From Bugula neritina (taxonomy: Eukaryota; Animalia; Bryozoa): DNA of 64,000 nucleotides. This document shows, piece by piece, positions 11,501-23,846 of this stretch (position 1 is its first letter; every line of letters begins with the position of its first letter). The notes under the pieces were generated by a model, which saw only the letters and a list, made by a program, of their open reading frames with translations, did not search any database and had not been told where the DNA came from. The stretch lies in the NCBI GenBank assembly GCA_964035545.1, contig OZ037765.1:29077504-29141503 (forward strand), written 5' to 3'. The position numbers were made by a program, and so were the translations under genes.

Positions 11501-14500
11501 TACCATTTAAAGTAGAACCTGTTTGTTTCAGAGCGCATCTGGATTGGGATGCGGACATCTCCACTTTGGTTGGATACGAGAAGATTACTGTAGTCGAGTG
11601 TAAACCATCCATCAGTCCTTTCTCGCACTTCAGTCAACCTCACGATTGGGTATAACTATCTAGAGTTATGATATATTATGTTGTTTAATGTGATGTAATA
11701 TTGTACTGTGACCTGTATTTGTTACCTGGAAGGTGGGGGCGGGCAGAGGAGGCGGAGACAAAGTTTGCACACAAGATTAATGAAGTTGCAAAATTGCTAT
11801 TATCATTCGATTTTTATGAATCATAAATTTCAGTGCCGCTGTACTTAGAGATTTTAGGTTAAAGTCATTGGCCCAAGGGTGCTGAATGCATTTTGTAATG
11901 ATGGCATGAGTTTTGTGGGGAGTTAAAATTATATTACGTTCTTGAACAAAAACCATGTTCATAATAATACTAAATTCTTCAATTCTAGCTCTGATTTAAA
12001 ACAGATATAACAGTTAATGTACTGCCAATGTTACACACTAACAGTACCATAGACTATCACAGCAATATGGAGGTAGGCACTGGCAGTTGTGAACCAAACT
12101 GTATAAAGTGTAATGGCAACAGTTAGTTAATTAATCATGAAGGTGTAGACAAGAATTTTATGAATGACACTTCGTCGAGTGACAACAGCTGTACTTGTAA
12201 GACAAGCAGCTTACTGCGGGCTGATAGAACCGCTATTGCTATGTACTATGGTTCCTCTACATAGGTTACTGGGTGATCTAGTGTTGTCTTTACTGCTTTG
12301 GTAAAGTTGTAGTTTCACAAGTATTCTTATTTCTCGTTACGTAATAGGGGAAGTAGAATATTGTATAACATGTCATTTTTTAACAATTTAGTCAAATTTT
12401 AAAATAAAATTCAAAAAGGCTTTTTGACGGAAATAACGAAGCAGTAGTGTCTAGTAGTGAAATAGTAGCAAAGCTGTGGCGGTGTAGTAATGTTCCTTGT
12501 ATGCGTAGTGTATGCCGCCGGGTTTTGCAGACAAAGATTATTTGGGATCTATCGTACTGTGACGTCTGCAATAAACTCATCGTCCACGGGTCCAAGTGTA
12601 GAGGCTGTAATAAGAAGTGTCACAGAGGGTGCATACAGAAACTAACCACCTTCTGCGAGAAAGTGCCCTTTCCTGAGAGGGAAAAAATGAAAAAGTGAGT
12701 CATTGTATGTTGATGAGGTTGCCATAGAAACCATAGAAAAAGTTGTCAACCTTAAAATTGAAGTTTGCCGATATTAGTACATGTTAATGGCATTCAACAT
12801 CACTATTGGCCGGTGTTATGATATTTTTTATAACATTTTCATCAGCTAGTTAGTCTGAACACCTTTTAATATGAATTTGAAAAGAAAGTGTTTGCTTAAT
12901 ACTGCTTTGTCAAATAAGCAGAACGTACACTAGATGTAGTACGTGGAATTGTCAGTCTAGTTTTATTAAGATAGACGTGGTATTTCAATGTTTTACTAAT
13001 GAAAGTTAAACCACAGCTGTGTGGTGTTTTATTTTGACGGAGAAATAGATTGGTGATGACGAGCTGTAATGTAAACATGTTGACGAGACTTCGCAGTACC
13101 TCCATATAGTTGAACTGATTCAGCTCCTGCTTAGTCACTAACATAGTCCAACTATAACTGGTACCTGCAATAAGTTGTCACAAATATTCTAAACTAAATC
13201 AAGTGCCATTATTATTATTAAAACTACATTTCGTCAAGTGTGATGCACTTGCCACATAGAAGTCAAGTTAGGCCATGTTGGAAAACTAATATAAGAAGCC
13301 AAGAAACAATTGTCTATTGCATTGCAGTGGTTTGCTATTGAATTCAGTATATAAATGTTAAACTTAACATTCAAGTGTAATATTTGGCTGCCATTAGGAT
13401 GTTGGCTGGGAATATGGCCCCTGGAGCATCCAAGAGTTTACCTCGAAACTTTGGGACTAACGGCAACCGTACCACCTCCGTGCCAAATGTCTTTGATATT
13501 TTGCAAGCCAGCAACAATGCAGACTCGCAGCAAAAAATCAGAGAGGTTTGTTAACTTATACTCTTTACTGTGTCACATGAATGCTTGTGTACTGCTTGCT
13601 TAAGCTGTATGTCTTAAACTGTATATGTTATATATACTGCCTAGTCATATATACTGTATGTGTTATATATACTGTATAATATTATATACTGTATGTGTTA
13701 TTTATACTGTATAGTCTTATATACTGTATAGTCTTATATAATGTATAGTATTATATACTGCATTTGGTATATATACTGTATAGTCTTATATACTGTATAG
13801 TCTTATATACTGTATAGTCTTATATACTGTATAGTCTTATATACTCTGTACATGTTATATATACTGTATAGTCTTATATACTGTATAGTCTTATATACTG
13901 TATAGTGATATATACTCTGTACCTGTTATATATACTGCATAGTCATATATACTCTGCCAGTCTTGAGGGTTGAGAATGAAATGCTCTAGAAGAGCTATTT
14001 GTTAAAAATCTTATTTATTTTTGTTACCACTTTCTCACCTAAAAGGACAATATGTTGCTATAGTTTTGTGTCCCACTGCAATGACATAGCTATCAATAAT
14101 GACCTGCATCTACCTCATTCTTCCCCACGGAATACTGCTGGTAGACTGAACGTGTGACCTCTCTACATCACAGTATTATTATTATAACTTTATAATCTAG
14201 CTATTGCAGCATTGTGCTATTGTGACATGGTGTTGTGGTATATTACAATATATCATAATCTATTACATTGTATTACAGTGTATTATGTTACAGTTTGATA
14301 CAATAAATTTCAGTGTAGTATTGCAGTATCTTATAGTATATTACATTATATTACAGTATATTACAATATATCACATTGTATTACAGTATAGTAGAACAGG
14401 GTATCGCAGAATCTTATAGTATATTACAATATATTACAGTATATTACAATATATTACATTGTATTACAGTACAGTATATTAGTGAATATTACTATGTGAT

Positions 14501-17500
14501 TTGTAGCCACATCAGCACTGCATGAGTCATCAGTTGTTATGTAATAGTTGTGTAGCCAGCATCTTGATATATTCACTGCTCTACTTGGGGCGATGCTATC
14601 TTTATGCCTACATTCTCTATCACTATAATCTACACACATTCACTGTGTAAACTACCAACCCATTCCTTATTTTGTAATATAATATCATGATAGTAGTAGT
14701 AGGGCCCCATGTCACACACCATGTCACACACCATGTCACACACCATGTCACACAACATGTCACACAACATGTCACACACACAATGTCACATACCTGCTTA
14801 TATCAGGTACAGCTTGTAGCATCTTAAGTATTATATAAACTCAGCCAACTTTTAAAATAAGTTGTGTTTTTCTTTTTATTTCTTCACATAATATGCCTGA
14901 CCTTTCATCACCTCCATCACTTGGCTATGTATTTGAAAAGTACTACACACACTACATACACTACATCCACTAAATACACTACACACACTACACATACTAC
15001 ATACACTACATATACTACACACACTACACATACTACATACACTACACATACTACATACACTACATATACTACACATACTACATACACTACATATACTACA
15101 TATACTGCATGCACTACATGCACTACATGCACTACATATACTAGTAGTGTGTACCAATCCTCATTGTGTATTTCCCAAACCTAGTTTATTGTTCTTAACA
15201 TGTGAATATCCTTCCCCAAATTACGGTGAATGACCAGTGAATTCAGCTAATCATGATACTATAGCCTGCTTATTCAATGCTCTACTATTTGTTTTACAGT
15301 CCTTATCCAAAGGCACCAGAGCACGTGAAGGTCAGTATCACCACCACACTATATACTATACTTTAACCTTTCTCTCTCTACCTTAACCAGTGCAATGCTC
15401 AACCTGCAAAGTGGTTCTACTAACCTACTATATGATCTTGTGTACCTTAAGTCTAGAAAAGCTGATAGTCAAAGTGCAGAGTGTTTTATTATGTATATCA
15501 AAACCTTAAGATATGTTATACAACTTGGCCAGTTATATAAGCTATATTATTATAGATTTTGCAACTTTTTTCTGTTGCGAGTTTGGTTGCCATGTTTCTA
15601 CAAACATATTTTCTTACCACCTCTTACCTCTTACTATTGTTTAATCTGTAAATTCTTGGGAATGATGACTCTTTAAACTTTGGTTGTTCTTAAGCTGAAA
15701 TCTTCATTAATTCAGATTTTATAAAATCATTTAAAAATGTCATATTTTAGTATATCTAGGGTATGTGATTTGGAGTTATGCTCTCAACTGTCTATGGTAT
15801 TACATTAAACTGCAGTGCCTTGCAGTCTGGTGGCATTCTGATTCACACATTCAACTCTCATCACTGTTCATTGAACTAATATCTCTTGACATGTATTAAA
15901 TGGCATGTTCTATATAACTATAGGATGCAGTACCTTCTCGCACGTCTTACTGTATTACTCTGTTATAGTATATTACTGTGTACTCTGTACTTACAATGTT
16001 ATATGTTATGATTTACGCAGATATCACTGCAACAGTACCCGAGTCCGCATTGTACAACAACTCCACAGTTAGTGCTACAGAGCCCATAGATAATGATACT
16101 GTTAGTAATACTTCCCTCACTTCTCTCTCCTCTAGGTTTCAAGTAAGTGTATGTGTATTTTTCTTAATTGTTGTAGATTAACTTACATTAATGTTACTGG
16201 TCCAGCTAGTAGAACTGGCAGCTAGTAGCAAACAACTGCATTCTATATAAGTTTATGTACTAAAATCTGCAGCAATTTGTCATTGCCGAATTATCAGAAA
16301 TTTATTCAAGTGATGACTTTATGTGAATACAGAATAGGACTGGTATTTTTATTGTTTAAGTTTATAGTCTAGTAATTCAACTGCTGATGTGTGGTGCTCA
16401 TTGCAAGATGGCAGCAGTCAACTATTAGGGGTTGCCGTATTTCTGCAACGTGTTCCGTCTGTTGCAGTCAATGGAATCTGTTTCCCGGCGAGATTCATAC
16501 GACTCGTGGAAGATTCCGGCTGCTGAAATCACGTATGACGAGAGGATAGGGTCGGGTTCATTTGGCACCGTATACAAAGGCAACTACTTTGGCACAGTGG
16601 CTATTAAAATACTTAAAGTTACCAATCCCACCCCAGCACAAATACAGGCATTTGAAAACGAAGTCACAGTCCTAAGGTAAAGCATTGTTATATACACCTT
16701 TGAGGTCATTGCAGTTATAATCTCTCTCTATCTCTCTTCCCCTCACTCTCTCACCTTTGGATCAATTGAAGAGAGTAAAGTTCTCTACTATATAGAAATA
16801 ACATGTGGTACATGTATGCCTACATCTCACAGATAGGCTCGGTTGCCAACTTGTCAAGGTCTAAAGTCTTTAGCAGTTTCGTTTTCTCACCAAAACCCAC
16901 CCTAATAGAATGACATGATGTTACAATATTGCGGAGCACTGTGAACAGTGAAGACAACTCTAAATTACAATTGACTGTCGTGAATGTCTCACATATATTT
17001 ACTATATTAAATTTAGGAAAACAAGGCACAAAAATGTGTTGCTGTTTTATGGATGGCATATTAAACCTCAACTCACTATAATAACCCAATGGTGTGATGG
17101 ACTAAGTCTATATAAGCACCTGCACGTAGATGGCACAATATTTCCAGTCAAACAACTGTGTGACATTTCAAGGCAGACAGCTCAAGGAATGGAGTAAGTG
17201 TCTAAGATCATGTTATTAATGCTAACTTGTGTCGGGATTTACAGAAGGGTCTGTACACCATCTGCTAGTGTGCTGGAACGTAACTATATTCCTGTTTTGT
17301 AGTTATCTGCACGCTAAAAATATAATACACAGAGACATGAAGTCTAACAATATATTCCTGACTCAAGACATCACTGTGAGAATTGGTGACTTCGGTCTGG
17401 CGACAGTAAAAACAAGATGGAGTGGATCTCATCAGTTTGCTCAACCCACAGGATCAATACTATGGATGGTAAATATTATAGTCGTGTGTTGCATATTACC

Positions 17501-19402
17501 GCGTGTTGCATTATGTAGTAAGTATTGTTGGAATATAGTAATTTAATAATTTGATAAATGTTGCTTCAACTATAGTGTGAGTTTGCCAGCCTTTGCCATG
17601 ATAATATAAATGTAATGTCAAGTATAAAATTGTTTTCATTGTATCTAGAAAGTTGTATGATACCATCATATGTGAGCTAATAAAGAAATCTTCACTTATC
17701 TCAGCAAAGCACTTGTATTACACGGCAACTCCTTTAATGTAGCCTATTTTTAGCAATTATGTGAAAGAGATTTTTGTTTTTTTTGCAGTCATTATGTGTT
17801 GATCAGTTGAATATCTGAAATACTGGTGTTGTACTAATTTTTATCAACCTTTGATCTCGCTACAAAAGATATGCTCACTCTTTCAAATGTTTAGAGTTGT
17901 CTTCTTTCAAAGTTTTTTTACTGGAATACCGCTGCATATTTCGTGTCCAAGTTGCATCTCTAGTTGTTTAATTTGAAGCTCTCTTGTATTAAAGCTCAAC
18001 TGAGGTTGTTCATATACTCCACTTTCTCATAATATTATAAGGAGCAGCCGTGGTCTAGGGGTTAGAGCGTTTGCTTAGTAAGCACGACCCGACAAAGGCC
18101 ATTGGTGATGTTAAAAAGAGCATCCAGTCATAATTGCTCCTGTGCCCCATTCGAATAAATCCTTAGCCTGATTCAACAAAAAAAAACCCTTTCCATCAGG
18201 GATTTCTCACAGGGATTGTAACTATAAACTTTCGTGAGTTTTTTCCTCATAATGTTATGTTAAGTATGCTGAATAGAAACATACAATTCGCTTGCTGCGT
18301 CTTTAGGCTCCCGAAGTGATAAGAATGAAGGAAGACAATCCGTACACATTCCGTTCTGACGTATACGCATACGGTGTAGTACTCTACGAGCTCTTCAGTA
18401 GCTCCCTCCCCTATTCTCACATCAACAACCGAGATCAGGTAATTCTACCAATCAAACGCTGCAATACAACTAGATACCCAATCACATGCTTTGTATCATC
18501 TAATTATCCTCAGTCACGTTGGAAACCTGATCAGAGTGTTGTTTTTGAACATTAATTTGGAGTTGTGGCTCGCTGTAGATCTTATTTATGGTGGGAAGCG
18601 GGTTCCTTCGACCAGACCTGAAAAAGTTACGTGATGACACGCCAGAAGGGATGAAGGCTTTACTCGAACGCTGTATCGATATAAAAAGAGAAAATAGACC
18701 TCTCTTTGTACAGGTATGTGACTTCTTTGTACAGGTATGTGACATATTTGTACAGGTATGTGACATATTTGTACAGGTATGTGACATATTTGTACAGGTA
18801 TGTGACATCTCTGTACAGGTATGTAACCTCAGTGGTATTGTACATAAGACAGTGGGATGCTTTATACTTGATTTATTCTAGCAGTCTAGCAGCAACTTAA
18901 TATGAGTGTTAAAATGAACACTTAATAAACTGATTTAAGCCACTTGTGCTTCCATAATACTTCTATACCTACAGAACATTTGAGTATTTAAACTGTACAT
19001 TGTGCATCAGATTATAAAAATGCCACATGTTTTTATTAAATTTATTTGCTCTGAACTATTGAATGTTTATAGTTTCAGTATCTTTAGCTTGTCCAGGACT
19101 GCATTGTAGCTTTATCCTGCAATGCAGGTTTTATATAGAGCTGTAGCCCACCAGGTGCTCCTGCTCTAGCAGGTCTAATAATTGCTGTCTCTATCTTTCA
19201 GATTCTACATGATCTAGACAACATCAAATTAAGAAAACACAATCTGGTTAGGAGTGCGTCTGAGCCATGTCTTAGTTTATCACAAGTGAACTTTGACGAG
19301 CTTGACTTCTATTACAATGTACCTCCCAAGACCCCTATGCACGTTCCTGGCGCGTTCAATGATGTCTTCACTAGCCATTCAAGAACTATTGATGACTTGT
19401 AG
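5554..19402 (+). CDS. BRAF: Raf serine/threonine kinase, B-Raf type (about 721 aa, 16 coding exons)
   Basis: Exons 5554-5595, 8080-8181, 9263-9404, 9591-9763, 10705-10808, 11532-11649, 12531-12694, 13398-13545, 15300-15330, 16021-16142, 16468-16676, 17017-17193, 17303-17468, 18307-18438, 18579-18713 and 19202-19402 join in frame (2166 nt). Motifs: BRS-like hairpin ([18 protein letters not shown]), RBD (FLPHAQRT...KLRDL...LDWDADIS), C1 zinc finger, CR2 [54 protein letters not shown] and PKTP. The first exon and the 31-nt exon are the least certain. Confidence 0.96.
10396..10546. repeat. 20-bp minisatellite carrying TGAGTCA (AP-1 consensus) in most units
   Basis: TGAGTCA at 10397, 10417, 10437, 10457, 10477 and 10498; one-mismatch copies at 10518 and 10538. 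Confidence 0.9.
13612..13955. repeat. 17-bp minisatellite (tatatactgtatagtct)n
   Basis: About 20 degenerate tandem units in Raf intron 8. Confidence 0.9.
14230..14480. repeat. Degenerate (tattacaRta)n low-complexity repeat
   Basis: Repeated tattaca/gtattac units about 10 bp apart. Confidence 0.75.
14708..14792. repeat. 12-13-bp tandem repeat (catgtcacacac)n
   Basis: About 6 visible copies. Confidence 0.9.
14941..15142. repeat. 9-bp tandem repeat (YactacaYa)n
   Basis: About 22 copies. It explains the spurious TTH/TTY, CSV and VVY ORFs. Confidence 0.92.
18041..18232 (+). mobile_element. tRNA-derived SINE (internally deleted) in a Raf intron
   Basis: A tRNA-like head with an A-box (tggtctagggg ttagagcg) and no intact B-box is followed by cattggtgatgttaaaaagagcatccagtcataa. 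This segment resembles the conserved central (Meta-type) domain of metazoan SINEs as I recall it. Confidence 0.6.
18705..18826 (+). repeat. 21-bp tandem repeat made of the Raf exon 15 end plus its 5' splice site (6 donors)
   Basis: Unit tttgtacag|gtatgtgacata. CAG|GTATGT junctions follow 18713, 18734, 18755, 18776, 18797 and 18818. Confidence 0.93.
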
Positions 19403-21722
19403 TAACATTCAAACGTCCATCAGGCCGTACTTAGCTGCTAGCATCCGACACTATGATAATATTGTATATAAACAAGTTTCTATTTGCATAGACTAATATA
19501 TGTCTGTATATATATACCGTGGACTGTAAACCGTTGGTATATATAGATGTAATATAAAATTACACTGTAAATTAACAGCGTATGATGCAGTTTTGTAGAC
19601 TGTGTTGTATGTAGATTTTTGCTGCGTACTGCCAGTGTATAAATGCACCAAAGCATGCTAAATGACTCTAGGTAAGCATTTCTGTACGCAGCTGCTGAAA
19701 CTAAATTATGTACATTTTACTTTTTGTCTTTTTTAAAAGTCTAACCTTGGAAGCTAATGTTTAGTTTAGTGTAAAATAGTTGTAATAAGATTTTTATTTT
19801 TACTGCATATTTGATTATTTATACATTTCAAAGGAGCTTCATTTCGTAAACTATACTGTTGGTCAGACTATCTGCCCTAAACAAAGATAGGATATCAGTT
19901 ATTATGCACTTGCAACTGGGGCATGTAATGCCTGCACCATCATTAATAGTAACATTTATGCTTTTGTTGCCAGTTTTTAAACTGTCTTTAGTAATGGCTA
20001 AAGTAATACAATAGATTATATGCAGAGAGAAAAGTTTTACTGCATTGTCTTGTTCTTTTGCTTCAAACTTGATGATTTATTAAAGCCTTCCATTCCATAT
20101 GTAACAAGGCCAAGAGAGGTTTGTGAATTTTTTTGGTGGACTACCTAGGTTTCTAAAAGGCTGAAACTGCACAAGAAAATTCAATTACTCAACATCAGCA
20201 TTACAACATTTTCACAGAAAGCTAAAAGATTTGATAATCAATTGATACCAGGGTAACCAGTTACATTTCCAACTATACTTGATTACTGTATCAATAAATT
20301 GTTCGCTGAAAGATCTCCTGACCTGAAAATAACCTTTCTCAAATCATAAAAAGTTGGAGTTGTCTTGTTTCCACATTTAATGAGTTGCTCTATGCTGCTA
20401 TTAGTGGTCCTAAACAATGAAGTTATATACAATGCAATGGTCTTGGCCATAAAAAACGCACAGTAATTATAACATGAAGCAAAATGGAAAAAGCGTGAGT
20501 AAAAACTGGAAAAGTTATAGCAATGAGAGTTGTCTGCCCATTAAATGAAACATTTACTCAAACTCCAAAGCCAAGCAATTTAACTTTGATTGAAAATAAT
20601 GGCATCTTTGCTTATAAGTAGAAACGTGTGATGCTCTATAAGTTTAAGATGCAGACTGGGAAGCATTGTAAGACAGTCGGTGTCCACTTACACTAACACA
20701 GAGTTCTTATGTTTTCCTCTAGAGATTGAATTAACAATCAACATTGAAACATCATTTTCTACTGAATATCTCTTCTATTTAAATTAGCAAAGCAAAAGAT
20801 ATTATATATACTAAATAATATTCAATGTATTTTACTCTACAGCATTAACAACATGCATGTCTTGAGTGCGATCAGAGTTTATTTTAAAAGAAGTCCATTT
20901 TTATTAAAATATCTATCAGGTGTGAGCCTATTTTGAAACAGACTAGATTATAATTTATTGCATAGAATGATTTCTAAAAATATTAAACAAAAGAGTGTTC
21001 ATTTACATATAAAGCATATGTAAATTAACACCGTGTAGTGTAATCATAATTATGTTGTATTATAGTATTGTAGCTATATTAGCTATTAGAGAAAAAGCTA
21101 TGCAAAGCTTTCAGCTATATATAGTTAATTTTTGATGTATGTTATGTTTTCACTAGCTCCGTGCTATTCAACTAGGCTACATGCCGTACACGAAATGAGT
21201 TCATAATTCTACACAGTCTTGTCACTTGAAGCATTTTAGTCATGCGCAGATATGAAAAATCTACTCTACTACAATTTCACAATTGCTGCTTGCTGCATGG
21301 TATCATTCTATAGCCAACTCCATATTTATTTGAAAACTTTTAATCAATATTTGTATTGAGACTTTAATTTCTGCCTTCCTATTGGATATTCTAATCATGC
21401 ATGTTAAATAAAGTTTTGTGTAATTTGCTGTGTGCAAATAGAAACGGTTGTATGGAGTTTTAATAAGATAATTCAATTCATTATCAAATACAAAGAATAA
21501 AATGTTATTTGATGAAGTAAGGCATAGCTAAGTACTTGTTAATTCATTCAAGGGTAATTCAAAAGATTAAAAGCTCCTTCTGTAGCAATATCCTTGCCTT
21601 ATTCATTTAGTTGAATGAGGAATGCTGCCAGAGTAGCTGGAAATCACTAGTTGTAGCAGCAGGCTGGTCAGCGAGGTTTTGCTAGCTACTTAGTTACTAG
21701 CCCAGTACCAACTCCCTGAAAT

Positions 21723-23070
21723 ATGTGTCGTTGGGGCTGTCAGACTACAGACACCGTAAGTTATACAGTTTTTAGTTGTGGATAGTAGGCTATAAAGTAG
21801 ATGGCAGCTGATTGTAATGATGCTGTCATGTGTATGCAAGTCCATGTTATAACAGCTTCTATTATTTGGTCAGATGTCTTATGAAAACTTTATAATATTT
21901 AAATTGTTTCTTTATGCATGTGTAAAAGCAACCTATCAGTTTTTATTTATATATAAAAAACACAGTTATTAACTTTATTTTCTTCAGACTTACATGTGTA
22001 AGTGGTGTGGCACCAGGTTTTGTAAGGAATGCCTGCGTGGCGAGTTTGGAACTGGCGTTATGAGAGATAGTAGTTGGTGTGTTCAGTGCAATCAGGTGAG
22101 ATTGGAATTTTTCTAAGAAATCCTTTGTATTGTTTTGGTTCAAGCAATTCTCTCTTTTCAAGTTACTGCAGGTAGCAGCTCCCAACCTGCGTATAACTCT
22201 TTTCATTCCCCAATACTTTCAAGTATGTCTTACCAACTCTATGTGACCCAACTGTCTATAGTACCTATAGTAAATCATATGTTTATCACTGCATGATTAT
22301 CAACTGATTGAGCAACATTTCAAGGTACCTCTAGATTTTTCCGAGGCAACCATGAGGTACTAGTACCCTGGGAAGCGCTACTATCTACGTGAGTACTAGT
22401 ACCTCAGCGAGTACTAGTACCTCAGTGAGTACTAGTACCTCAATGAGTACTAGTACCTCAGCGAGTACTAGTACCTCAGTGAGTACTATATAGTACCTCA
22501 AGTAAGATACTAATGCTGTTAATGATATATGGAGTTTAAAATGCAACTGACTTAAAAGCCTCTTTAATATTCTATAATACAAACAGTTCAATTGTTTTTC
22601 ATTTTATTATATATTATATTACAAAACTATATTATTCAATGTTTAGTATTGTTATTCTTATTATATCAAAGAGATGGTCACCAGCTTTCTTCTAATAGCA
22701 AATATATAATGAGTTTTCTGCAAATTTCTATTCATAAATAATTATGTTCATCACATACATATAATCTTATAGACTGAAATCTGTACAAGAATAATTGACT
22801 TTTGTAACGATTCAACTCAAAATAGACTAGCTTACACATAGACACAGTGTATTGCATAGTAAATAAATTTTGTTACTTTATGACTTTTTGTTACATGGTA
22901 TGTTGTTGTAGAAAAAGTGTGTAGGTAAAAGGGTAGAGTATGTACCATCTGCCAATTCAGATGGTAAGTCAAACAAAGTGTCTAGAGGTTCAAATAGAAA
23001 AACTGGTAAAGCAAAGAAACCATCAAACAAAGGAGATGCTAAAAAGAAAAAAGGAAAAAGAAAGAAATGA
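21723..23070 (+). CDS. Small 99-aa protein with an N-terminal Cys-rich putative zinc finger and a Lys-rich basic tail; function unknown
   Basis: Three exons separated by phase-0 introns with good splice sites: 21723-21755 (|gtaag), 21988-22095 (ttcag|...|gtgag) and 22912-23070 (gtag|...TGA). An in-frame stop lies at 21717, just before the ATG. Translation: MCRWGCQTTDTTYMCKWCGTRFCKECLRGEFGTGVMRDSSWCVQCNQKKCVGKRVEYVPSANSDGKSNKVSRGSNRKTGKAKKPSNKGDAKKKKGKRKK. Confidence 0.8.
22350..22502. repeat. 18-bp tandem repeat (gagtactagtacctcagY) with a palindromic core
   Basis: About 6 copies from 22391, plus one inverted partial copy near 22353. Located in intron 2 of the small Cys/Lys gene. Confidence 0.88.
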
Positions 23071-23519
23071 CGAAAGCATCACCAGCAGCACATTATGCAA
23101 AGATAAGGAACGGAATTTACAATTAAAATAACCTGCATGTATTTATGTAGATTATATGCTAAAAGGTACACTGTTCGCTGGTTATTAGGTTGTATAGACT
23201 GGCTGTAGAAACTAATTTACTTCTTACATTGTGCTACTTTTTCGGTAAAATAATAATAAGACGTTCAATTTTTATTAGGTGGATTTTTTATATAAAAAAT
23301 AAGACTTGCTTTGGACACTCATACTTTTGATAGCTGGTTTTATTTTCTGATTTCTACTTTATAAGCTATACGTAACACATCCTATAGCAATTGATATAGC
23401 TATGTATCTAGCTAATATATAGCTATTAATTAAACCGATTTTAATTAATTTGCAACTTTTTGACTAAGTGATTTTATATAAAAAATTTTGCCTAACGGTA
23501 TTTGCAAGAACCCAGGAAG

Positions 23520-23846
23520 GCTAGTATATGCTAGTATATGATAGTATGTGCTAGTATGTGCTAGCATACATTAGTATATGCTATTATATGATGGTATATA
23601 TGCTAGTATGTGCTAGCATACATTAGTATATACTATTATATGATGGTATATATGCTAGTATGTGCTAGCATACATTAGTATATACTATTATATGATGGTA
23701 TATTTGTTAGTATGTGCTAGCATACATTAATATATACTATTATGTGATGGTGTATATATATGTTAGTATGTGCTAGCATATATCAGTATATACTATATAC
23801 TATTATATGATGGTATATATGCTAGTGTTCTATAGTATACTAGTAT
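23520..23846. repeat. About 52-bp minisatellite built from tagtatRtg subunits
   Basis: Unit tgctagtatgtgctagcatacattagtatatactattatatgatggtatata recurs about 5 times (for example at 23601 and 23653). Confidence 0.88.

Noticed and set aside
14090-14140. Possible extra 51-nt Raf exon (atag|...|gtagac)
   Set aside because: The splice sites are weak. Its natural-looking frame is phase 1-1, but this intron is phase 0.
14864-15184. Overlapping ORFs rich in TTH/TTY, CSV or VVY
   Set aside because: They are translations of a 9-bp intronic tandem repeat with no splice or domain support.
18041-18110. tRNA gene
   Set aside because: It has only an A-box/D-arm-like part, with no T-arm/B-box or acceptor stem. 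It is better explained as a SINE head.
22940-23131. ORF-track 63-aa protein MYHLPIQ...
   Set aside because: It is an alternative frame of exon 3 of the 99-aa gene. Splice phase supports the frame starting at 22912.
10396-23846. Regular repeat arrays (10396, 18705, 22391, 23520) as CRISPR-like loci
   Set aside because: They are head-to-tail units without unique spacers, in a spliceosomal-intron eukaryotic context with no cas genes.
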